Shown: positions 27,199-39,457 of the stretch, piece by piece
How positions within the stretch are numbered: position 1 is the first letter of the stretch
Layout of the letters: every line of letters begins with the position of its first letter
Program-made: the position numbers and the translations under genes
The notes under the pieces: generated by a model
Told to the model about the DNA's origin: nothing
Database searches by the model: none
The model's input: only the letters and a program-made list of their open reading frames with translations
Assembly: GCA_002633005.1 (NCBI GenBank)
Contig: NMRA01000724.1
Coordinates: 68,328-132,327, forward strand
Direction: 5' to 3'
DNA: 64,000 bases
Source of the DNA: Phoronis australis
Lineage: Eukaryota > Animalia > Phoronida

Positions 27199-30100
27199 GG
27201 GGCTATTCGGAAAATTTACATTAACTAGAGGGCGCGCGTGTACTAGTGGTGATAGATTAACAGCCTCGATTTTGTGACCCCTTTAAATACATGGTGAAAT
27301 GGCTTGCAGCCGTGCCAACTGAATATGAGATTGTGTGAAAAGGGTGCTTCTATGAGAGGAAGTAAGCACGACCTTATACAAAGGTAAGGTTTGTGATTAT
27401 TTTAACGATTATTCCATGCTTATTCTACCGATGCCTGTTAACTGAGGTACTCGCCGATGTCGACTTCGCGGCAGTTGCCAGTCGGGTTAATCTTTGTTTG
27501 TTGTATTTGATACGATATTTGACGTAGCAATCGGGATATTTTCGTACATCAAAGCATTATTATTGTTTGGAATGATTTCTAACAGTTTATCAGTGACAGT
27601 TAAGTCAATCAATGCTGAATGTTTATGCTGTCAACTCGATGCAGGTTAGTGAGTTAAGATTACAATCCAAGCCCAATGGCAAAGCGGGGTACATGACAAA
27701 TATCCATTGCATTAGACTATTTATTTACTCCATTTCATATGTCTTCTGGAAATATATTACTCTTTGAAATGGAAATCTATCACGTCTGTTTTCACATAAC
27801 CTTTGGTTTTTAGGTTTGAGGGCTTGTACCGTGCAGAGGAGATATGCATCGCTTCTGCACCGTCCCTGAATGGGCAAAAATTGCTTTTTAGCATTTGACT
27901 GCAGCTAACCAACAAGATCTTCCCATCCGGTGCAGATCTTTTGTCAAAGCCTACTTTCAATATTGGAGGCAATGAACAAAGCCTTTGAAAAGGAACAGCT
28001 ATTTTTAAAGAAAGGTATGTAAGTCATTTTGTTAATTTTCTTATTCAGGTCCTTAGCGGGGGATTGGCATGGGGGGTTGGGGTTGTAATATTTGGTACTA
28101 CTGAATGTGTGGAAATAACAGGTAATACATGTTTGGGGAAAAGAGCATGGTGAGGTAATTCCCTTCAAGTTGATTTCTTGAAACTTTTGCTACTTGTATC
28201 AATTGTAAACCCATGAAAAGTTATTGCATTTTCTGAATTCACAGTGACTGAATAGTCTTAACTCATGCCTTGAAATGTTGCAAGTCGTTATAAATTCAAA
28301 TGACTGCCATTTTTGTGAAAATTGCATTTTTGATGGTGCCTTATGATTTGTAATTACTCTTAAACAACAGAAAGATTAATCATCATTTTTAAATGACCCA
28401 AGTCTTCATATCTTCTATTAGAAGAAAAATTAAAAGTCGGAGAAACGGTTCCCTCAACCTTAGACTAGAAGTATTCTTGACAGACCCATAAACCTGTAAT
28501 CGGAGTTTAAAATTGCTGAAAGTATCAAAATTAAAAAGGCTTGAAAATGGGTAACAAAGGTTTGAAGTTGTCTCAAAAAAGCTTGTATATTTAGCAGACA
28601 AGTGATGCGTTTAAAGATTTGTTATGGCTGCGAATAAAAAATAAAGACACAGTTTTATGCAATGCTTATTATATACACCCTTGGTTTCTGAAAATAGTAA
28701 TTATTCAATTTTATGTGAAACTGTAGAGCAGTCTCAATAATATTTTTGAACAACAGGGATAACGTTTTTGACCCAATCTGGAGTACTTAATTATTCACAT
28801 TTCAATATTTGTTCCAGGTTCAGTGACATTTTAAAGCCACTTCAAGCTGTATCATAGACAAGCTTTGTTACTCCGTTCTCTTCCCACAGCACTTCCACAC
28901 ACCAGCAGTGCTGCATGACACAATGTACAAGTCAGTGGCCCTGGAGAAATGTGAATCGCAGTACTAAGTTACCATAAGACAATGTGCCAGTGGAGTGTCT
29001 GTGTATCCAGACGAACTATATCTGACTGCTACACAAATAAGCCTTGTTGGTGAGGATGCCCTTTCATAGGCAATGAGTCATGTGTGGACAATAGCTTATT
29101 TCCTTTCCTGGAAGAAACATGAGGGACTGAAGCTAAAGAAGACCTAGTCACACTCTGGTCTAGTTCAGAGTCTGATTTTGGGCTCAAAACGATTCAAGTG
29201 ATATGCTGCTGTGTTTACCTTCAAGGGTCTAATTGTGGATGTTATTGAGGCTGAATGAGGTTACATGAAAGAAAGCCACGTGTTGAAACTGGACCTTTTT
29301 TACAAGCGCTTCTATAGGCCATTGAAACTAGATCCCAGTGAAATGAAAGCCAAAAGCTGAGTGACATTAAATTTTCCTTTCAGAAGAAAGGCTTTATACT
29401 ATTGGTAAAAACTTTTCAATTTGGTACACATTATGGGGAAATGACATTCAGTGACTGCATTGATTGTCTTATTGTATGTTTTCAATTGTAGCTAGCTGGA
29501 TAAGAATCTGCTATGCACAAGATTCGAGAATAAACAATGTATTTAAAAACAAATGGCAAACTGAAAAAGCATAGAAAGAAACAACATTGCGAAGGAGCCC
29601 ATAATCAGGCATATCAAGTGCTAATTTCTGAATTATGTTCAATTCTCTCAGGCTATTGCTGAAGAATTGCTTTTCACTTTGTCCAAAGGTAAAATAGATG
29701 GCCGGGCGGTTGGTTTCAGTTGTTTTCGCTCACCTGTAACAGAATAGTCGGAGAAATATTAGCAAATTGTAAAGGAAATGACAAGACAAAACTACTTTTG
29801 TAAGGCAGAACATACTTGATGTTTCATCTTCATGTTTATGTGTAGAAACTAATAACCTTTGTACCCAAGTCTTATTTGATATCTGAATTAAAATATGTGA
29901 AACAGGCTAAAAGTGATTTAACAATGTGTATTTTTCATGACACTTAAAATGTGCTTCTGATCTCAACAAATAAAATTCATTCTAGGTGTCAATTTTTCTT
30001 CCAATACAATGCTACTATATTAACTGAATTAAGGCTAATTCATGTTGATTCGATAACTGATCTGGTAGTCCTGGGGGTGGAGTCCGCGATAAAATAAGGA

Positions 30101-30705
30101 AACTCACACATCTAGAAAATTTTATTGGAAACAGCATAGTTTTGAAGAGAAACTGCAGCTGTGAAAAAGTCACCCTTGACTGTGTATCACGTACCATACA
30201 CCTCTTATTTTGGGAGCACTCCCACCCAGGACAATATGAGTGTGTGCTGCTAGCCTACCCGGCATTGGGTGAATTTCCCAAAAGAAACACTAGTTCCACT
30301 CAATAAACCTGTTATTCAGTGGGGTAACTGGTGGGGATAACATCACCGAATGATGTTGATAGAAACGTGATTTCTAAAAATTTACTAAGTAATGTTTCTG
30401 AATGGAACTGCATAGTCATAGAGCACACACGGGGCTTCAGCATCCACACACTTTTTGTCAATTAGTTGACCCTTTTGTCTGCAATTGTCCACGAATATAT
30501 TTACCTTAGGTCTTTTGGGAATTTGTGGCCACCTGTCAAAGACTTGCACCAGGGAAATTAGCAGTAATGAGGCTCAGCGCGATGACGTATTTTGATAACA
30601 ATTCCATCTTTTACCAGTTGTTTACATGCAGACACCCACGCATGCGCAATTCAATCACCACTAGTACAGCAGCGACACCACGAGGAGAATTCTCCGAATA
30701 GCCCC
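27199..30705 (-). mobile_element. ISL2EU (PHIS group)-like transposon relic with decayed THAP-SWIM-YqaJ gene
   Basis: TIR ggggctattcgga / tccgaatagcccc and AT TSD; removing it restores the host repeat caaccaattggcaatc. Minus-strand remnants KQLKPTARPSIL (about 29700), CHAALL (about 28915) and SAPDGKI...CPF (about 27900). Confidence 0.7.
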
Positions 30706-32799
30706 ATTGGCAATCTAATTCTACTTATCATTTGGATTTGACTCAAAATGCACCGGAATGACCCGAATCGATTCAAACAGTGTATTCCGTCAAATTGCTT
30801 CTTCGACAGGTTTTTAGGTAGATTCTCCAAATTTTGAAAACAAGCAGATACTAGAGAAGTGCACCAGAAATTTACGTGGAATTTAAATCGGATAAAGGGA
30901 ACCGGGTTTCTGGGTTAAAGGTCATTAAGAGCAAAAGAGATTTTTGAGCTAAAGCTTACATAATCACGTAACTATATACTTTTCGTTCGTAAAAGAAATT
31001 TAGTCACAAACTTTGGGGTCATTAGGTGCAACTGTTTGGTCATTTCCGTTGATATTCTTACTTTTCACTCTTGCTCTTTCATAGTTACCAGGGACTTCGC
31101 TCTCTTTCACACGAAGGATGCAGCTTTTGTGCAATGTAATGCGCCTATACTTCACTGTGTACATGCATACACCACGCGCAGAGTTGTAAGTGTGCGTACG
31201 CAATTGCTATCTAGTCATTCTTATTGTTCTTCCTTCCTTTTCAGATTGTTAGTACATTTACTTCGATTCGCTAACAACATTCATATTCAATGTGGTTGAT
31301 AGGTTCATCATTGGGTTTTTTCTGATTATAATAGTTTGACCCAAAATGCACCGGATTGCCCTGAAATGGGTCAAGGAGTGCATTTTTACAAAATACTTCT
31401 TATTCTACAGGTTTTTAGAAAGACTCTTTGAATTTTGATAACAAGAAGACGCTAGAGATTTACACCCGGAATTTACTTGGAATTCCAATCGGATGAAGGG
31501 AACTGAGTATCGGGGTCACAGGTCATTAAGTGCAAATGTGATTTTTGAGCTAGACCTTTCATAATCATGCATATGATTACCAGTCATAAAGAAAGTTCAG
31601 TCACAACTTTTGGGGTCACTAGGTGCAACTTTGGGGTCACTAAGTGCATTTTTCTGTTGGCTTTATGACCTTTTCAATCAGCTTGTACCTGTACTATGCA
31701 TTAGGGAGAGCGTTCCAATTCATGGTGGTTCAACCGATTGCCTATCAAATTCTATTGATCTCATGGATTTGACTCAAAATGCACTGGATTGACCCGAAAC
31801 TGGTCAAGGAGTGCATTTGTGTCAAATTGCTTCTTCTTCGACAGGTTTTTAGATACGCTCTCCCGATTTTGATAACTAGCAGGAACTAGAGAAGTGCATC
31901 CGAAATTTATGTGGAATTTAAATCGGATCAAGGAAACCGAGTTTACAGGTCAAAGGTCATTAAGTGCAAAAGGGATTTTTGAGGTAGACGTCACATAATC
32001 ACATATGTAGTTTTCATTGGTAAAGAAAATCCAGTCACAAACTTTGGGGTCATTAGGTGCAACTATGTGGTCATTAGGTGCAATTTTCCGTTGATATCCT
32101 TACTCTTTACTCTTGCTCTTTCATAGTTACCAGGGACATCTCTCTTTCGCACAAAGGATGCAACTTCTATGCAATGTAATGCCCCTATACTTCACTATGC
32201 ACATGCATACACCACGCGCAGAGTTGTAAGTGTGCGTACGCAATTGCGTTCTAGTTACTCTGGGTGTGCAAGCGCAGAGTTTTACTGTTCTACGTATTTT
32301 ATTACTCTGCGCATGCAAGCGCAGAGTTTTACTGTTCTACGTATTTTATCTTCTTCATTTTATTTTTATTACTCTGCGTGTGCAAGCAGTTTTGCTGTTC
32401 TACGTATTTTATCTTTTAAATCACTCTGCGTGTGCAATTGCAGAGTTTTACTGTTCTTCGTATTTTATCTTATTCTTATTACTCTACGTGTGCAAGTGCA
32501 GAGTTTTGCTGTTCTACATATTTTATCTTATTATTATTCTCATTCTTCTTATTCTTTCTTCCTTTTCAGATTGTTATTACTCTTACATCGATTCACTTAC
32601 AACAATTATATTCACTGTGATTGATACGATGGTTAAGGGATTTTTATTGATCGTATTTTTTGATCTAAGACGCACTGGTATGACCTGAAACAGATCAAGG
32701 AGTGCATTCCGTCAAAGTGCTTCTTCTTCTACAGATTTTTATGTAGACTTTTTGAACTTTGTTAACAAGTAGGGACTAAAGAAGTGCATCAGAAATTTA

Positions 32800-34992
32800 C
32801 CGTATTCGCCGTAATAACCGCCCATGTCCCTATAAGCGCCCCCCACGCTTTTTCAGACTTTGCTGAAATAAGCGCCCAGTCCATAAATGTGTACATGTGA
32901 ACAATGACGTACCTACAGTCCTAAAACTCGGCTACAGTAACGTCTTCAGTTTATCAAAAATTTTTTGCACAGGTCTACTAGACCACCAGCGTCACTGCTA
33001 TGTTTGTATTTAGCCGTGACTTTACACTTCAAAGTAACGCAGCGCTTCAAAAAGAACGCAACAGCATTGCTATGCTCTCACAACAACCGTGTCCCACTAT
33101 GGTCTGACCTTTCAGTAGACACATCCACTGTCTCATGAATAAAAATAACTCGGTCTTAAACGCACGTGGCCAGGAAGCGCGCGCTACATACATGAACCTG
33201 TCATAAAAGACATTAGTCGGGAACTATCAATTCATGAAACGGGTAGCATAGCATCGGTAAGAAATGAATATTGGCACTAATTTCCGACAATTTCTAATAC
33301 TATAAAACATGTTTTTGTTATTTTTTGTTTGATTAACCATAATTGGTTTTTTAAGTCGAATATCCGATAAAATGACAACTGACAGTGAATGCTTACACAC
33401 CCTTACACCGAAAAATAACTGTCAGATAGTTACGTACGCATCCAGCTACACGGCGACTAATATGGGCAAATATCGAAAGTTTTTAGCACGAGACTGGCAT
33501 GTGCTGAATGAAACACGCTCTGGTTTAGGCTTACTGCTTGTGCAAGTTTCTTTAGACACATCTAGCTAGTTAGATTGCGTGGCTCTGGGCCAAAGACGGT
33601 CTCTGCTTTGGCAAATGAACTCTGGTGACACGCACGCGTTCGCTTACTCGCAGACGAACTTCAAAACAAACGTCACGTGACAACAACGTGTGCATGTGTT
33701 CGTCCAGACATTTTTCTCGCCGTGTTGCCGATCATACATATAGATGGCACGATGTTGCACAGATTTGTACTTAAACCTGCCGTTAATCCAGACTCCACGG
33801 GAACGTTAAAAAATCTTAGAGACGCTACTTATAAATAAAATTTAATGAGGATAATTCAGGTAATTTGCTGGAGTCAAAACCATTTTTATTCAAGCATTGA
33901 AGTCGCCAAATCGAAGACGACGATTTCGAGGCAGTCAGTCGGCGAGTTTTCGACCTGGGATTTCAGCACAATTTTCGGTAATTGTTTACAATATGACGAC
34001 ATTGACCTACACACATGATTTTGGTATCGTTCGATCCTTGCAACGTTATCTTTCCAAAAATATATGAATTCATCCCCTACCATGTGTCCTCCGTATTTTA
34101 TCGTCGAATTTCGGTTCGCACTATTTCCCGGTTGGCAGCGCCACGTTAGCTCAACTCAAGATTACAACGACACCTGTTGTTAATGAATGAAACGGCATCA
34201 TTGATTTTGAATGGTGTTTGCCTGTGCGAGATTCCCGCTAAATTTTTTCCGACATGATATGGAGGAACAAGTTGCAGCATTTCACCTGTTCCAATTTTCT
34301 TTTATAATTGTGACCATTTGACCATTTTTCCACGAAATTGTCTGAAGTGGATACCATTTTCACAAATAAGAACCTCAAAAACAACTTCCGCTTTTTTCGC
34401 GGTTTCGTGCTAACAGATGCGTACCAGGGTCACTATAGGATCGAATTCGAATCCTTGGCACCGTAACTCGGGCGGGGCATAGATGAGTCTCGGTCAATTT
34501 GACCTTATGAAAAGCAACGATCTATAGAAGTTGGTAGATTAGTTTAGTTTTTGACTACCACGTGACTCCTTCCATTCAACATGGCGGTATTACTACCGCG
34601 TTCCGGGAAATAGTGCGAGCAGAAATTTCCCGATAAGATATTAAAAGAATGGGGTATGAAGAATTTCTAAGTATTTTTGGAAAGATAACTTTGCAAGGAA
34701 TCCAACGATACCAAAATCATATGTGTAAGTCAATGTCGTCATATTGTAAACAATTACCCAATTTTCTGTAAAATGGTCGTAATTTAGCAGCAAAGTTTGA
34801 TAGCAATGCACCACAGTTTTGTTGAAAGTCTTTCATAGTTTACATATACGTCGCAGAGCGTAAATTTGATAAATCTTAGCTTCCGATTTCACCCGTTTTA
34901 GAGACCGGGTTTCAATCGCCTTGGGTTATAATAAGCGCCCCCCTGAACCGAACTTTTCTAAGCGCCCTGGGCGGTTATTACGGCGAATACGG
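32800..34992. mobile_element. Tc1/mariner (pogo-like) non-autonomous element, 2193 bp
   Basis: Perfect 25-bp TIR ccgtattcgccgtaataaccgccca and TA TSD; interrupts the HINE repeat. Confidence 0.88.
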
Positions 34993-36487
34993 TACACGGA
35001 TTTCTAATCGCACCAAGGGAACTGAGTTTCGGCGTCAAAGGTCATTAAGTGCAAAAGTGATTTTTGAGCTAGACCTTTCATATTCATGCATGTAGCTTCC
35101 AGTCACTAGGTAAGTTCAGTCACAAACTTTTGGGTCATTAGGTGCAACTTTGGGGTCATTAAGTGCACTTTTCTTTTAAATTTTGGACTTTTTCACTCCG
35201 CTTGTTCTTACATTGTTGATTATCGAGAGGGTTCATATTCATGGCGGTTCAAGCAATTGGCAATCTAATTCTATTGATCACTTGGATTTGACTCAAAATG
35301 CACCGGAATGAACCAAAACGGGTCAAAGAGTGCATTCCATCAAATTGCTTTTTGTACATTTTTTAGATGTAGACTCCGAATTTTGATAACAAGCAGATAC
35401 TAGAGAAGTGCACCCGAAAGTTACTTGAAATTTAAATTGATTAAAGGAAACCGAGTTTCCGGGTCAAAGTGCAAAAGTGATTTTTGCGCTAGAGCTTATA
35501 TAATCCCGTGTATACTTTTCATTCGTAAAGGAAATTCAGTCACATACTTTGGGGTCTTTAGGTGCATCTGTGTGGTCATGAGGTGCAGTTTTCTGTTGAT
35601 ATTCTTACTCTTTACTGTTGCTCTTTCATAGTTACCAAGGACATCTCTCTTTTTCACACAAAGGATGCAACTTCTATGCAATGTAATGCCCCTATTCACT
35701 ATTTACTTGCATACACCACGGGCAGAGTTGTAAGTGCGCATACGCAATTGTGTTCTAGTTTTATCGTTCCTCTTCCACCCAGTGAAGCTCCAATTTTGTG
35801 CAGGATTTGAATGCTTTCCTGAATTTCCAACTGGTGGTTTATAACTTTTGATAATTGGGCCATTAAGTTGCAGCCCCACATAATTAATATAGCAGAATAC
35901 TGCATGGCTGTGCACTACTTTCTAGTTTTAGGTATAAATAAAAGTCACATTTCTAGTCTGGTCTTCAAAATTTATTAACCTTATCATGTGTGCTTTTCAC
36001 AAACTATTCAATTACGCTTATTTAAAAACTTTCAAAATGAAAATCTAAAAATTGTAAAATTGTTACCCAAGTTAATCTCCAGAGAATGATGAGATCAGCT
36101 AAAGCTGGATGATTTCTTTGAAAATAGTGGTGAATTTTAAGTTTAGCGAAGACTGTCTATATGCCGAAACTTGACCTGTTAGGGTGTAAGCATAGGATTC
36201 TTTTCAAGAGTTAGGCGAGGATGGTGACTCAACAATAACTCTGTAACCTTAATTGCATGCAACTTGACACCTCGCCACTGCCAAGCTTGTAATACAAGCA
36301 GAATCAGGTCACATGGACACCTTCCTGTGCAGGCAACTTCCACTAGTACTTAGTCTGAACTATTCCTCTGGAACCTTCATGGACACGATAGATGCAAAAT
36401 GTTTTGTACTTATGTGATGCAGAAGTTTAATTTCAAGAAGTTCTTTCGTGATAGACACCTGGGTGACCTGATTATTCTTCTTTACAG

Positions 36488-36667
36488 GTTCCCCGAATAC
36501 AAATACCGTCTGCGAAAAGTGTAAAAAGGGAACTTTTTCCAACGTTTACAGCAAAACCGAAAAGTGCCTTAACCACACCAAATGTAATACTTCATACTTG
36601 TTCAGGGGTAATTCGACCCACGATGCGGAATGTTCAGGTAACACCGCACGTCCTTCATCGGACACTG
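36488..36667 (+). CDS. TNFR-superfamily gene, exon 3 (distal CRDs)
   Basis: tttacAG acceptor, G|GTAAGT donor, phase 1-1. GSPNTNTVCEKCKKGTFSNVYSKTEKCLNHTKCNTSYLFRGNSTHDAECSGN continues exon 2 in frame. Confidence 0.93.
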
Positions 36668-37210
36668 GTAAGTCATACTGATTAGCTTCTGCTCATCCAT
36701 GATATTAATAGTCATTTACATGAGTTCCACATTTTGAGAACCAGATTTCTCCATTAAATAACAAGCCTTTAACTGGATCTCAAAATCTGAGACCTTGAAA
36801 GTGATTATTGTCATCAAATTGATACTATCCACATGTGTTCACGTAACACCCACCCTGGAATAGCAAGTGATTTTATTTTTAAGAGCATTGTGTTTTGTTG
36901 TATTCGATTTAGAACGCATTCCCGATTGCAGTCCTTAAAGTGTAATTTGCAAGGTCCAAGTATGTTACATTGCGATAATATCTTCAAGGTATTGTTATTT
37001 GGATGTATTTTATTCAAATTATCGTATAATTGTATCTTTAGTTGTTTTAAAAAAGCGAAAAATAAAAAAATCCGCGAAAAAATGACCTTTGACACCATGA
37101 CATGGTGTTGGGGAACACAAATTAGACCATATCCCACAATGCAGTTCACCCCCATTATAGCACAGTTCACGACGAACAAAGACCATTCAATCTTGACATG
37201 TTTTAGCAAT

Positions 37211-38000
37211 ATGATGGTGCATCAGTGTGTGCGCACTAACTGTTCTAACACCACCCAAGTGGAAGGCATGAGCCTAATAAGATAAGCATCTGGCCGCGTA
37301 ATGACACATTTTCGTGTAAACTCCTCGTGTTTGGAAAATGACTGTCGAGTCAGCCATCTGTCAGAGCCGAAATATGCTCCGACCATTTTGAGGAGGGCTG
37401 CTTCGACAAAAAACACATCATGAAAGTTGATGCTGGTCTTGTAAAAAGGTAAGTTACCTTGATAATTTTGATGTTTAAGAATTCATGACGCTTCTGCAGT
37501 GCCTAAACAATAACAAACCTTTTTCACAATCACCGTAGTTCTCAAGTGTTTAAGATCTGTTGTTTGTTCGTGAAAGATTAAGTTATAAATGGATAAAACT
37601 AAAAGCCACAACAAAGAAAGCTGATCTCAAAAGATGCATGTATTTTGAAAAGAATGCAGATTATGAATAAAGTAAAACACGATGGTAACTCAATTGCAAG
37701 GTTTTGATTATTGAAGTAATCTGCTTCAAAAAAAAACAGGATTAAAATCTAGTTTTGACTTTTGCTTGAAGGTTATAAAAGTAGGCGAAAACTTGCAATT
37801 AGATATCGTCGTGTTTTGAATTACTGCCGGTGTACTTTTCAGGGTATGTAAATGAAGTAAGGGAGAACACCTTGCGCTTAGTGCAGAACAAAAGAGAAGC
37901 AGGTGGTCTTGAAATTCGCTTAGAAATTGATGCCCCTCCAATGCTGACTGCTGCTGCTCCAGATGTATCCAAGGAGGATGTCGTGGCACAGATGAGGATC
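37211..38000 (+). pseudogene. THAP-domain N-terminus of the Kolobok transposase (exons about 37211-37448 and 37843 onward), disrupted
   Basis: MMVHQCVRTNCSNTTQVEGMSL...ICSDHFEEGCFDK|...RLEIDAPP reproduces the C2CH THAP pattern and an AVPT-like box; stop and frameshift present. Confidence 0.75.
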
Positions 38001-38242
38001 CGTTTTCCAGATGAATTCAGATTGGCTGCTTTGTCAATGGACTGCACTGGAATTACTTTCCGTCACATATTTGACAGTCACTACCAATGTTTTAAATTAA
38101 ATTTTTGATAGTGGTACAGATAGCAGTGCCACAGTGTTTATAGTACCAGTACTAGAAATTGTGAAAAGCTTTTGTGTGTGGCATTTGGCTGTCCCGTTTG
38201 TATAGATAAACCTGGTGGTATGTTATGTTCTTATATTGAAAC

Positions 38243-38388
38243 CAGTGGCGGATTTAGAGGGAGGCCATGGCCTCCCTAGAATTCTCCCAGATTCCATTTG
38301 ATAGTTCTGGGTGTGAATGTCTGACGGGCAAAATCCTGGCTATCAGTGTGCTTTGGCCCCCCAACTCAAAATCCTGGATCTGCCCCTG
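38243..38388. mobile_element. Small hAT-like MITE inside the Kolobok
   Basis: cagtggcggat / atctgcccctg termini, flanks gaaac/gaaat. Confidence 0.6.
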
Positions 38389-39457
38389 GAAATATTTCAA
38401 TATTTCTTCATACAATGACTATAAATATTGTGGCATAGCCTTCTTAGGTATATGCACTAAATTGTTGCTGTCCCATACAGTGCATCAGTATTGGAAGACT
38501 TTCTTAAGTGGTAGTGAAAAGGTGCCTATTTGGGTCGTCAATCTTTTCATCGTGGGACAATATCATTAAAACTGTATGACAGAATTCACTTGCACAGAAT
38601 TCAAACATTTTCTTGGGAATTGGTGGTACAAGCAGTCCCTCCAGATTTCCCACTACCTACACATGTGCATACTTCTTGATGTGTTGTTATACCATATCAT
38701 TGACATCTAAAGCTATTGCATACTGCAGCTTTTGGGTTGAGATTCAGTGGTTGCCGCCAGTGTGTCGTGTTAGTTGGTATCTCATTGAATTGCAGTAGAA
38801 CTCGCTAAGTTGGAGCCAGTGAGACTGAGTTATTTCGAGGCGTTACTGCGGAATTAATTCTAATCTTTCTAAAGTTCCCACTGAAGCACTACCAATTTAG
38901 AGAGTTCTACTGTATAAGGGCAGGAGGTTCAGTCTCGACCTCATACATTATGTCCCTGATTCAAAACTTAATTTTTAATGTAACAGCCATACTGTTAAAT
39001 GTGTTCGCTTCAATCACACAAACTGGACTCCAATGAGACCAATTCCTCTGTTTACCTAGGTAAACCATAAGTTTAACTGATGTTGAGTTATGAAGTTAGT
39101 CCTAGTTAAATTACACTTGTCATGACCATGTTATTATAAGTAGCCAGATTGATGAGCATCAATAAATGTTACTTGCTGTGTCAATTATTTACCATTCTGA
39201 AACCACAAAAGTCTATTCATGGAATGCCAACTTCCATTTCATGCCCCTGAGGTTGCGCTGCAATTGCATTTGTTTGTTACGATGTTCGTTCTTTTTATGG
39301 AATTTGTCACTACAACTTTTTGCAACTCATCCAAATTACATAAGGCTAGACCCCGAGTCACAACTTTTAATAAGAGAATACATAGGTCGATGCGCAGGAG
39401 TTGGGCAGACATTCCAGGCCTAAGACAACTGTTGATGTCTATAAATGGATGAAACTA

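Larger units (their letters stand above)
26562..35760 (+). mobile_element. Three head-to-tail copies of a Helentron/HINE-like element (26562-31215, 31216-32256, 32255-35760), two interrupted by DNA transposons
   Basis: 5' hairpin actctgcgc..gcgcagagt, internal repeats with gggtcaaaggtcattaagtgcaaaa, and a 3' end made of subTIR gcgcagagt, stem-loop acgcaattgcgt and ctagtt, seen three times. Confidence 0.75.

Noticed and set aside
28818-28834. Alternative terminal exon giving a short secreted TNFR (GSVTF*)
   Set aside because: It lies inside the ISL2EU-like relic and only an acceptor-like AG supports it.
32169-32688. Hydrophobic repetitive ORFs (also 26508-26783 and 9301-9678)
   Set aside because: Translations of HINE 5' repeats or AT-rich low-complexity DNA.
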